From Octopus vulgaris (Eukaryota), in assembly GCA_951406725.2 (NCBI GenBank), contig OX597820.1, positions 55,862,001 through 55,926,000 of the forward strand: DNA of 64,000 nucleotides. The letters are read 5' to 3'. The translations under genes and the position numbers were made by a program. Every line of letters starts with the position of its first letter. The first letter of the stretch is position 1. The notes beneath the pieces were generated by a model, which was not told the origin of the DNA, did no database searches, and saw nothing but the letters and a program-made list of their open reading frames with translations. This document shows, one piece after another, positions 14,013 through 26,756 of the stretch.

Positions 14013-17000
14013 TATAGGGATAGCTGGGTGACAGAAAGTGATTGGCAATAGTAAATGGACAAAAGTGTGGGTGAGAGGGATGGCAAAACAAAAGTGGTTC
14101 AGAAAAGATAGAGGGTACTGGTTGGCAACCAGGACTGTAAAGTTAGAATGAGGGGGAGGTTATTGCAGTCTCCTGTCCCTGTATAAAAGCTTGAAGAGCA
14201 AGAGGGCAGAGTGATGAGGATGGTGCAAGCAGCACAGATGGTGGGAAGAGATGGAGAGTTAAGAGTGATAACTACATGGACAACAAATGCAAGAAGGGCT
14301 GGAAGATGTGGGTCTAGCAAGATACAAATATATGTGTAGACTTTTACTAAAATTCGGTGTCAACCTCTACATTTCAATTATAGTATAAGCTTTTAAATTG
14401 TACAAATTTCATCCATCACATCTTGTAAGATACAGCCTCTTAATGTAATACTATGATTTGAAATGTATGATTGATAGTGTAGTGAGATAGCTAAAAACAC
14501 AGTGGCATCACAAACTTTACTATGTATTGATATTCTTTTGTCTCCTCCACCATATCACTTTCACTGTCAACTTTCTTCCAGGTATTTTTCTTATATGTTT
14601 AACTCTACAAAGCCTCTCACTTCTTAGAATCTTGTCTTACCTTTTCTCTCTACCTCACTTTCTCATTATGATTCCAAAATTTATCTCCCTCCCTCTGAAG
14701 ATTTACTAATAACTCTTTTCTATATTCTCCCATTTTTCTCTAGTTTTCTCTCCATCTCTTTATTGATTCTACAATTTCTACCTCTACTTCTCTCACTCAC
14801 ACCATCTGTTTTCTCTAACTTTCTATTTACTACTATGTATCTTTCTTCATTTACCATTATCAACATCACTGCCACCATCTCCACACCACTTCCATAACTA
14901 GTTTCTTTCTTACTCTATTTAAGTCTTCCCTTAACATGACACAAATGGTTGGTCAGTAGGAAGGAAGGAACAGTATTAATATGCAGATATCAGTTAATTT
15001 ATAGGACTGTATGAGTAAATTAATATTATCAAAACAGTAGAACATCAAACTAATACTTTGCAATATTTAGCTAGCTCTCTCACATCTGTTTTTAGCCCAA
15101 ACCCTACCAAGTTTAACCAATTCCCTCACATACCTGATAAGGATTGGGAACAGTACTAAGTAACAATAATACAGCAAAGTTTATTCATTTATATAACTCT
15201 CTCGCACAAAATCTGCCATGTGCCTAACACATAATTCAATTTACGTAAATTCCAGCCATGTGTGTTTGTGCTTGTATATGCAGACTATAAAAACACACAC
15301 ACATACATGCACAACATTATCTTAACTTTCCCCCAGGGTCAGTTCAAAACCTGAAATATTTTCCCACAAAAATAGCATGCTAACAACACACAGACAGAGA
15401 GAACATTTGGTTTTTATTTAAAAGGAAAACAAACAAACATAACTATAGTAATCAAGATATCAAGTTGAATGACAGCAGCTAATAGAGAGAAGAAAAAGAA
15501 AAATTATTTGACTTTATTTTTTTTTTCTCCACAACAGCTCACAGTTTAGGAGAATGAATAGAGTGAATGTATGTAAGTGAGAGGGGAGAAAATAAGACAT
15601 CATCACTTGAAGTAAAAGCAGAAACAGGAAATCTTGGAGTGAGGAATGCAAAATAAATATAAACTAAACAGATAAAATCTAACAGAAGTTACATAAAGAA
15701 GCCCTAAAGAATGTCATTTTCTCTACATTTTATTCACTAATCAATTTTGCTGGCCAAACTTTTAGGCATGGCTGGTGCATTAAGGGAGCAAGCTAGGCTA
15801 GCAGCAAATTCCCAAAATGGTGGGAGCATACAGCAGGCACATGCAGTGAGAAACCATTATGTCTGATGTGGAAGGGGATGGGGGGAATTAAGCAAATTAG
15901 GACAGAGAAGGAAAAAGTGAGAGGTAGCATAGATGTTAAGTTTACAGACAGGGTTTAAACAGGTATTGTGTATATGAGGTGCGATTGGTGTAGTGAGAGA
16001 GAGAGAGCAGATAAAGTATGAGAAAAGGGTACAGGAGAGAGAAAGGTATGAGAAAGTAGACAGAGAAAGGTACAGAAGAGAGAGAGAGAAAATAGAGGAA
16101 GGTGCAAAGATAGATATGATACAATTTGATTATTTTCATAGCTTGTGAATGCAGTAAAATTGCAAAACAAAAAACGTTTGCATATATTAGTTTAATATTT
16201 ACCATGCCTCTCCAGTGATCTCAGTAATTAAATGGGTAAAGTAATTCTCAAATACAAAATATTAATTATACCAAAATACTGAATAATTCTAAAGATGGGA
16301 AGAACATTAAAAACATTAGGGCCTGACGATGTAATATCAAATATCTAAGTATGATGGATTAATCAAATTACAAACTCTTTTTCAGGACATAAAGTTTACT
16401 TGAAATGTTTGATTACTCTCACCTGTTTTCATATGCTGTTCACTGATAAGCCTTCAAGCAAAATGAAAAGATATTTGTTTTTAAACACCTATTCCCATGA
16501 GATTTACTTACAGTTCAACAAATCTACAGGATTCGTTTAATTGCAAATAGATCACAAGTCCTATCTGCAATAAAGTGAGTTGTACACAAGTAAATCCAAA
16601 AACTTAGTTTTCAGAATAATTATAATGTACAAACTTTTCTTTTTCAAGCAGAAGCAATTGCGATCTATTTCACAATTCCATGCCAAGAATATTAGTAAAT
16701 AACATTAGCGCATTCTACATCCTCCATTAGAGTGTGAAATCTTCCAAAATATAACTGGTTTGTCCTGTAGTTCAACAAAACATCAGTAGCTAGCAAAACT
16801 TATTCTGCATTGATTAACAAGAGCAGAGATGGGCAGAATGTGTCTATAAATCCACCCACCATGAGATGCTTCGAGCCTTCATGAAAAACCTGGTGTATGT
16901 ACCATCAAGGTGATCTTGGAGCTCCTTTTTTTCTTTTTTTTAAATATAGATTAGGGAAAAGGTCTGTCACCTTGGTATTTGCAGGACATCTGAGACCAGT

Positions 17001-17334
17001 ATAGATATTCTTCTCAGACAACAGAAAGAAAATTCTATGGGTGAAGTGATTAGTGAAGAACCTGTGGCAATGGGGTTTAATATGGGTAACAAGAGGAAGA
17101 AAGAAGACTGAATTAGTTAGCCTGATTGGTGGTGGCAGGAAACCAGCAAGCTTCAGAGAATCTTATTAACTTTTCTACTCTGATCAAAATATGTTCCTAT
17201 GCGTTATTGTTTACACCATTTCCCAGAGGAATTAAATGGACACCAACACAAGATAGAGAATAGTGAATTGGAATTGATACTTTACACTGTTTTGTTTCAT
17301 GCTTTCTGAATTTAAATCTTAGCATTTTGAAGAA

Positions 17335-17545
17335 CATCCAGCTGTAAAAACCATGCCAAAGCAGACCTTGCTGGTGCCATATAAGAAGTACTCGGTCTAT
17401 TCTGTAAAGTGGATGGCATTAGGAAAGGCATCCAGGTGTAAAAACCATGCCAAAACAGACAGTGGAGCTATGTGCAGTCCTCTGGCATGCAAGATCCTGT
17501 CAAACCGTCCAAACCAGCATAGAAGACAGACGTTAAATGATGACT
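17335..17545 (+). mobile_element. SINE fragment (family A)
   Basis: GGCATTAGGAAAGGCATCCAG...GACGTTAAATGATGA tail. Confidence 0.7.
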
Positions 17546-19389
17546 GAACAATTACCTTGGAAACAAAATAAGGAAGGCAGGAATGCATATCTTGTGCCTG
17601 ATAAATAATAATACCATCTCCTGATAATTAAAAAGAAAGAATTTGCAATAGCTTCTCCCCTTTAAAATGGAGATTTTCATTAAGTATATATTTAGATAAG
17701 CTCCATAACATAATGTACTTAAGGCTCCCTTATCAAAGGAAATGAATTAACAGAAAGAGCAGGTAACCAAACTAACTGTTTCACATTTTGACAGACATTG
17801 ACTTTTCATTGTTTTCTTTCCCCCATGAATAAAAAAAAGCTTTGTACACAAGTGATGACACTCTCACAAAAATTATCATTACAAGGAAAACAGGAAAGCT
17901 ACAGTGATACGGTGTCAGTAGGAATAAAAAGAAAAATAAGTTAATCTGCATATTCACTGGGAGAAACAAAAAAAGAGACCAAGATGTGGTCTGAATGACA
18001 CATGCCAACTTGAGCAAGTGAGGACAGCAGACAGGCATCATCATGTGTGCAATGTAGATATTGACACAATTCAGTGGAAAAGGTTTTAACTTACATTTAT
18101 GTAAAATAAAAACACAAATACAATGTATACACATCAAATAATTTATCTCTAGTACAAGAACAGGCATGTCTTATTGCTATCTCACAATAACAAACCTGCT
18201 GATCTTGAAATTGAAGGGGGGGGGGAGATGCAGAGTACAATGTTGTATTGTCTGCATTTTAGACAACTCTTATAAACAACATACATCTACAACAACATGA
18301 CTGGAGGCCAAGTTACATTTGGAATATGAGTTTCCAAACTGCGTCACAAAAAAAAAAAAAAATGAAATTAAAAAGTGGAATAAAAGAAAATTCTAGCCTT
18401 TCACAGATTGGAAATGAAAACAAATTCAGCTAAGCACTTTATTATAAACTCAACATCATAGTGTATAATTTAAAAAAACAACAAAAAGACTGATTATTAG
18501 CATACACGGTAGAGTTTAAGGAAATGTACACAGAAATCTCCACAAACCAGAGTTTATATGCAGTCTTTCAAGCACTTAATGAAATAGCTCTCAAAGACAA
18601 GATTGATAGTCTATCACAGTTAACTTTCCTAGAACACCTGAAAAATATTAACCTGCAGTCTTATATTTAACTATTTCTCTTTCTCTCCCCCCTTCTCTAT
18701 GAAATAAAGTCTATTTAATCAGTGTGTGAGCCAATAATCCAACATATTCATTTGGTCATTTTATATCTATAACTGCTTGAAAACATGCATGGGATGATAA
18801 TTTAAGAACATTCATGAAACTAAGATATTACTCTCACACAGATATCGCACTTTGCATTCAAGTTTATACTCCTTTCCACTTTGTGTGTGTGTGTGTTATT
18901 TAATGCCCAATTTTCTGAGCTTGCATGGGTAGTACAGAGTTCTTTTGAGACCCTTTCTGTTGCTAACCCTCACCTGTTTCCAAGCAAGGTAGTATTTCCC
19001 TATGGCCAGGCATTTCTTCCACACAAAGGTCACATCTATTATCACCTATTCTCTAAGGTTTTGCTTTACTAATTACTTCCTAAGCAATCGAAAATATTTT
19101 GTTACTAACTTTTAGTGCCGAAATTAGCTTACTAAGGCTGGTTGTATTCATTTTGTCCCTATTTCTAAATGAACTTAAATGACTGGCAATTCCCTATTTA
19201 AAATAACAGGAGCTAGCTCCTATATAGAAATACTCTGTATTCTCAGAGGTAATCTTACATCTGTATATGATATTTTTATGTCTATAATTAGAGTTAAGCA
19301 AACAGACCCTGTTCCTTGCACAATCATGTACGTGTGTGCATGTGTGTATATATATATATATATACACACACACACATACATGCACAAAC

Positions 19390-19525
19390 ATGATAGGCTT
19401 CTTTCAGATTCCATCGACAAGGCTTTCGTCAGCCTGGGGATTTAGTAGAAGAAACTTGCTTAAGATGACACATGGTGGGACTGAACCCAGAACCATATGG
19501 TTGGGGAGTAAACTTATCACATAGC
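19390..19525 (-). mobile_element. SINE fragment (family B head)
   Basis: GGGACTGAACCCAGAACCATATGGTTG matches the 5190-5582 copy. Confidence 0.7.
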
Positions 19526-20161
19526 CAGAACAAAAGTCCACACACACACACACACACACACAAAACAAAAGAAATTAGGTTAACACTTAGGTTGATATGT
19601 CTTAACATTTTAGTTGTTAGTCCTTCATCAGAAAGAGAAGCATAAACAGTGTATAAAAAGGGAATTTAAAAAATTTTTAAAGGGAAAGGGTGCACAAGGA
19701 AAGTAATAGATTACAGGCTATTATTTTAAAACCTATTGAATAATCTGTAAAACAAGACTAGGTTCCAATCAAGAAATTTTTAAATACATCTTATATTGGT
19801 AATAATAAGATTAGTCTGAAGAAATGAAGGAATTGGTCTTTAATTTCTTAATACAGAAGTCTTGAAATTTTCTGCAGGAAATGAATATTTACATTATTGG
19901 CAAATGCATTCTTAAATGTAATAAGATATGAATATTCTACTTTATTTCATATTTCGTTCCATTTCATTTCCTTTGAAGACTTTTTGTACCTTTACATAAA
20001 CTATGGAACAATGACTCATTTCTTCTGCTGTAACCTTATTATACTTACTACCTATATACTATTCCATACTCTACCTAAAATTCAAACACACACAAAGCTT
20101 ACAAGCCATAAATCTGAAATAAATACTCCAGGAAAGAAAGATACAGAGATTCTCAAATGAC

Positions 20162-21115
20162 AGTGGTCTGTTTGATTTAACACATCTGACACTGATAAAT
20201 GCTGATGTCAAATATGCTGAAAAAGACCTTTAGATCATTAGTAGACAAATTACTTCATGGAGTGATGACGAAAACAGCAATCTGATCACATGAAGTAATA
20301 CTGATAATATTAAACAGCTGTGGTGAAATTCAGATTACCTTAATCAAACATTTCCACCTGTCAAAAGTCTATTTCTGAAATAGACTGATACAATAGGTAA
20401 TGACAGGGAAGTTGATTCAAGCATTTGAACTTTGACAAGATATAGTACCAAAACAGCAAACTAAAGTTTACTTATAGCAGCAAGTAATTTCAAACCAATT
20501 AATTTTTTTGTAATTGCATCTGGCTCTATAATTGACAAACACTTTCTTTTTAATTTATGAATACTTAGAGCAGAATAGCAGACACTATATTTCAAAATGC
20601 AAAGACTGCAAATATTAACAGATAATTTTGCCATGTCCAGATATTTTCCTACCTTGTTGAAAACCCATTGATCTAACCAAGATTTGCAAATACAATAAAT
20701 AACAGTATGATAGAAACTTCAAAGAAATCCCAATAATGATACGACTAATATAATTAATATACATCAACCCTACCACACTAATGTGTTAAAAAGTAGGTGA
20801 AACCATCATTATCAAACTTCTTGTTTCAAAGTTCATTCCTAGTGAAAGGGTATGGCTGAAACAAAAATGCTATATTACACTGGCCGAACATGTATGCATA
20901 TGTTGCCTTTGTTAAAATAAAAATTTATCTGTTTTACAATGACAAGAATTCACAAAAAAATGAAAGATGGGAAAAAAAGTGGTCAAGTGGTCAGATTGCT
21001 GTTTTCATCATCACTCCATGAAAGTAATTTGTCTGCTAAAGATCTAAAGGTCTTTTTCAGCATATTTGACATCAGCATTTATCAGTGTCAAATGTGTTAA
21101 ATCAAACAGACCACT
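20162..21115. repeat. inverted repeat with arms of about 130 bp (20162-20292 and 20984-21115)
   Basis: AGTGGTCTGTTTGATTTAACACATCTGACACTGATAAATGCTGATGTCAAATATGCTGAAAAAGACCTTTAGATC is matched by its reverse complement ending at 21115, with few mismatches. Confidence 0.9.
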
Positions 21116-22839
21116 CTGTACTAGAGTGGGCCATGGTACCCCAGATACAACTAAAAGACTTCACCAGGTGGTGCTATTAAGTTAGGCATGGCCTGGCCGC
21201 CTATACTGGCCGAAATCTATCAAAGTCCCTCAGAGATTATTAACCACAGCATCGGAGGCAGAAAGACAATCTTATATAACACAAACATAGGTTGTAACAA
21301 ATAACCACTAAATTTACATAAAGCAGTATTTAAAATGTATTAAACATTTGAACTTGAATGAGAAATATCTTCCAAATGGTAATGCTGGTCTATACACACA
21401 CACACAACCCAGGGAGTTTAAACTTTTGGCAAATTATCAGAATGATAGCAGTCTACCAACCTTTCTACAGTTTGCAACACTGAAATTGAAAACTAGATAT
21501 GTTAAATATACTTGGAGATTGGTGAAAAGAATTTATTGAAAGCAGAGCTTTACAAATCATTATTCCATGCTTTTATTGCTGATCTTCAGACAGTTATGCA
21601 GAACAGAATATAAAAGTTGGTATATAATGGAAATGTTCAAATGTCAGTGAATGCTGATTGACTGGCAAAAAAATATTAAATAAAGTAAAAACAAGAAGGG
21701 GTACCTTCATTGGTAAAGATAAAAATATAAAAAGCAACAGAATAGATATAACCATGTGTGTATATATGAAAAAATAAGTAAATATTTAAGTATTGGATAT
21801 GTAGTAAGCTGATGAAGCACATTCACTGCCTGTGGCTATCTGACGTCATCCATGATATTAATACAATATTATTGCTGGATCTACATCGGGAATTCCTCAG
21901 TGTATGTTGAAAATATAACAAATGATAGAGACAGAAAATGGAATGTATGAGAAACTTTATTGCTCACAACGATCATTTTGACGCATCCTGCATAGATCCC
22001 TCATGGGTGGGATACTGTACAACTGGTCATGGTTAATCCCATGATGCAGACGCATGTTCTCAGCTGATGTTATAAGGGGTATTTTGATAAATAGACTATT
22101 TTGCTCAGTTTTAACACAGCATGTTGTTAGTGACAGTCTCAATCATTTGTTATATATGAAAAAATTCATATGCAATAATACAAAAATTATATTTATAAGA
22201 ACTAATGACAGTGCAAGACAAATATCTTATGGCAGTTAGGGGTCTTTAAAGGTAGAGTAAAAAACATCATATTATTCAAATTCTGGTGAATTTTGCTGCT
22301 TCATACAACCATTTGAAGAAACAGAGACACTTCATTCAGCTGTCTAAAGGCACATAACTAAATAGCAGATTTGAATAAAAATCACCAAGTACACATCAGG
22401 GTAGCATGACAGAATTAACCACCGGATTTCAAGTGTCATAGATCCCATTTACTTTGCAAACAAAATTATATTTGAAGAAGCTTGCTCTAAATTTTTTTCA
22501 GGTGATAAAATAGATTTTTTTCTTAGAGTGTTAACCACCACCCACTAAACAAGTTGGTGGAGGAAGGTAGTATCCATAACACGACACGTTTCAGGGCATC
22601 TAACGTTGGAAGGAAAGAAGGCAACCTCAGATTGGATTTCTACCCTGAATGAACAATGCTACAAGCGCTCAAGTACCAGGTGGTGATTACAAACTAGGCC
22701 AAGGCATAAGTTTGCCACCCAAAATAAAAACAAGAAGTTTCTACAGTTTTCACTGCCAAATTTCATTCAGGAGCTCAATCTGAAGCTATGGCACAAACAA
22801 TCGCTCTAGGTGCCATGCAGTGCAATTAACTGGAAACAG

Positions 22840-23046
22840 AGTAGCTGCATGGTAAGTAGTTTGCTTACGAACCACGTGGTTCCCAGTTCAGTCCCACTGC
22901 GTGGCACATTGGGCAAGTGTCTTCTATAGCCTCGGGCCGACCAAAGCCTTGTGAGTGGATTTGGTAGACGGAAACTGAAAGAAGCCCGTAGTATATATGT
23001 ATGTTTGTGTGTCTGTGTTTGTTCTCCCAACATCGCTTGACAACCG
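22840..23046 (+). mobile_element. SINE (family B), 3'-truncated and well conserved
   Basis: GTTCAGTCCCACTGCGTGGCAC...GCCTCGGGCCGACCAAAGCCTTGTGAGTGGATTTGGTAGACGGAAACTGAAAGAAGCCCG. Confidence 0.85.
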
Positions 23047-25604
23047 AAGACTAATATGGTAGTAAGATGCAGTAGATATAGCTAACATTTTAACTAGTCT
23101 TATAATCAACCAGAGCTGAGACTGCTCCATATCTATGACATAAAACTTAAATGTGAAGTATTATGTTAAAAAATTAAAACCGCCAGCACAAAAACTGTTT
23201 TGCTATGTTCCACACACCAGCTTGATAACAGGAAGAATCAGTTATTTTATTAAACTACTTCAAGGTCTTATTTTCTTCGTATCCCATAAGAAATATCGTA
23301 ACAAAGGGATTTTAAGCACAAAGGTAACAAGTTAGCCCAGAGTAGCCTTCCACTGTGACCCTCCTATTTCTGTAAATATTCTATAAGAATTGTTTGATAA
23401 GCGTGAAAAGCAACACAAAAACAATGGTTAAAGGTTAGATAAAATAGAAACGTTAACGTTTCGGACATAAGCGCTCCACAAAGACTTTTGAAAATAAAAT
23501 GGAAAAAAAAAACTTTGCCCATCTTCGTCTTGGTAAGAGAAGAGATTTAAACAAAGAAAATAAATAGCTTGGCAACAAGGAAACTTCTATTTAGCCATTT
23601 GACTTGCCCAGTGTCACAGACAAATCTCTTTCAACGGTCCTACCATCTAATGGGAACCAGATGATTAAATTCCTAAATCTAAACAGATCGTACAATTAAA
23701 TCAACAATAGTTCAAAAACTAGGTAAGAAACAGACACAAAGGTTGGCAGCGTGATGACCAAAATATTATTTCCGATTGCCAAGATGACCATATACTTTAT
23801 CTTGGAATACGTGAGACTACAATTATATATATAGTTAGGGTCATTCACAGATATACACGTTACCTATATTCGCGCATTTACACAATTCAGGTCTAGTCAG
23901 ACACTTCCGCATACTCACAAAGTGCGCACATACACTTAAGGAAATGCGCACGCACACACAAGTGTCGCCCGCACACTCTGATATGTAGTCAGGCAAACAC
24001 AATCAATAACATACGTAACCACACGTACACGCATTCAGGCAAGCGCGCATACAAACAGCACATACAAAATCATGGCTACAGAAAGAGACAGAGGTAACAC
24101 TATTAAATGAAAACTCCTAGCTGAACCTCGTTCTCTAGGTCATGTCTAGACGTCTTGCATTTTAACCGACAAACGTTTGTACATGAACAGTATAGGAGTG
24201 TACCTGAGCCGTAAAGAAGACCACGTACAATTGTATATCTCTAGAAATAGAAACTACAAAATTGATACTTAAATAGTGAATCGTCAGAGAAAGACACCGA
24301 TCCATCATATTTATACGAGCGATAAAAAGGATAACTAACGGTCGATAGATGATGTAGACAGAAGTAAAAAAATAATAATAATAAAACAAGTGCCAGTAGA
24401 AAGGAACGAGATATAGAATAGATACATACAATGATGCTATCAGTACTACCCGTCCTATTAAAACTATTCCAAATACACACCCACACACATATCAATAGGG
24501 CAGCATGCTAAACCGAAGGGTATGTATGGTGTAGTTGATAGACAAAAATAGATTACCATCAACATTATTTCCACAAAAACTGGGTGTCTCCTACACCGCT
24601 ACTTTTACTTCTAATGTTATTTATTCTCACTGAGTCGCGACTAGAGTTTTTGCTATTGTATCTAGAACTCTATTAGCTAATGAAAACCCGTGTTTTTTTT
24701 TAAGTCAACAGAGGGGAATTTAGGTTGCTATTTTTGGAAGGTCAAGCTTCTTTGGTGGGGGGGAGTTAACAAAAGGTGCGTAATCTTTAGCACTTGACAA
24801 AAATTTACCAAAACATTTTCCATAAGAAATCGAAATTAAAAAAAAAACCGCTAGATTTTTTTTTTCCAAATAAAAAGTGCAGGGGATAATGTTAACAAGA
24901 CCATTTAAATCATATTTTAGAAAAACACAGTGTGTGTACGCATATATAACATTAAGCATATCGGGTTTATTATATAAACTCGAAATGAAAAAAAAAAAAA
25001 AAACAGAAATAAGGTTTTGTGGAACACTAATTCTTTTCATGCGTACTGAAATGGTGTCTCCACTTCCGACGCGTTTGAAGAGAAAAAAAAAATGACGATT
25101 GCAGCCATGAAATGGGTGGTTTACCTTTTTTTCAAGCTTCCGTCTCGTAACATCAGTTACGAAACAGACTGGCAAAAGAGATCGCCGTAATAGACATTAA
25201 CAAAGCATATATGCAATTCTATATATATATATATATATATACATTCCTACATACACATATATATTAAATATTTTTTAAGTGCCAGTTTAAATTAAAAAGG
25301 GACTAAAAAAACCACCCACTCACTCACTCCTCTTTTAATGAAATCTTAGCCGTCAATTTCATATAGTACATGCACACAAACACCACCAATCTCAAGATAA
25401 AATGTTGAAAATTGACATTTTTCCGTCTGTCTCGCAGTCTCCAGGAACACGATAAGTAAATAAATCTGAATATGGAGCATTCTCTCTCTCTCTTACCATT
25501 TTTTGTGGGTTTTTTTAAATCACACACACAAAAAAAAACATTTTCCTCATTAGCTTTACAATATTACAACATACACACACATATATATATATACGCGCTC
25601 GCGC

Positions 25605-25654
<50 letters not shown>

Positions 25655-26318
25655 CAGGAGAGGCGAGTAGTTTAGGTTTCTATTGGAAACCTTTCGTCAT
25701 ATAAAAAAAAAAAATGTAAATTATTCCCTTGTTTGACTTTCTCACGACTTCTTAGTTTCTCCACCATGAAATTCTCTATATTTTATTTTTAAACATCAGC
25801 GGAGATAAAATATTTACACATAAATACGCACGCATTTTATATGTGCGTATTTTTTTTACCTGCTCCGAGATGCTAGAAATTTCAGAGAAACTCTCTTTCA
25901 GCATGTAATGAAATCGCGCAGCAATAAACATGTAATGACATCGAGGAATGGAAAAATAGAGATTAATGTAAAGAGAAGAAATAGAGACATAGATATATAC
26001 AAAGAGGTAGAGGGCAAAAATTGTATAAGTATGAGACAGATATATATATAAGATAGTTCGGGGAAGAGAATCGGCTCTGTGTAAAACAAGGGAATTAAAA
26101 AGAAACCCAAAAATAGAGTTAACGATATTTAGTATTAATAATAATAATGAGAGGATCAGCCACAAAAGTAAAATATGGAAAAATTAGGGAAACAAGTCAA
26201 GGAAAAGAATTAAAAGATAGCAATAGGAGAATTGGAGGAAGACTTTAAGAAGAGATAGAGATGGGGGGAAAGAATCTTGGTTGGGGTCGAAAAAAATGTT
26301 TTTTATTATAAACCTTAC

Positions 26319-26464
26319 CTGGCAACCCATATATCGGTTATGGGTCCAAACGACTTGAATTGCCTCTCTAATTCATTCTTGCCAATACGACTGCCTAGAT
26401 CACCTACAAAAATTCTGTAACCACCTCTAATGCGGTCAAGAACTGCACGATTTACCATCGTCAT
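26319..26464 (-). CDS. first coding exon of an SRSF3/SRSF7/Rbp1-like RRM RNA-binding protein
   Basis: The minus strand translates MTMVNRAVLDRIRGGYRIFVGDLGSRIGKNELERQFKSFGPITDIWVA(R). It has RNP2 IFVGDL and the ELERxF..GP...WVAR pattern of SRSF3/7. It ends at a consensus donor CAG|GTAAG (phase 2). Confidence 0.85.
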
Positions 26465-26756
26465 GAAGTTAGAGCGATATTACAGAGTAGCTGAAGAAAT
26501 GGTGGTGGACAAGCCAAGGGAAGATAACTAATGGTAGGCTTAACAGTGAAACTCTCCAGTTTAACGGGGGCTAATTACATTGTGATTCTTTTTATTTTAA
26601 TTAACATTCTTTTCTTTTTATTAACTCCTAACAATCTATTCAAGTGCTATTTAATATCTAATCTCACCTTAAGTCTTAGTCTTTGATATACTTTCTCCCA
26701 AAATAGAAAAGGAAAATTATTAGACCATATCTTAAATTTATTTTATTTACTCAAAT

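Noticed and set aside
21500-22200. Possible decayed DDE integrase-like coding sequence (GIPQC...ETENG)
   Set aside because: Too fragmentary to assign without a profile search.
22575-22635. Minus-strand GAAACGTGTC with upstream CTGAGG
   Set aside because: The core is incomplete and there is no helix II pairing.
25865-25905. Minus-strand CTGAAAGAGAGTTTCTCTGAAA as a hammerhead
   Set aside because: Core spacing is wrong and there is no credible helix III.
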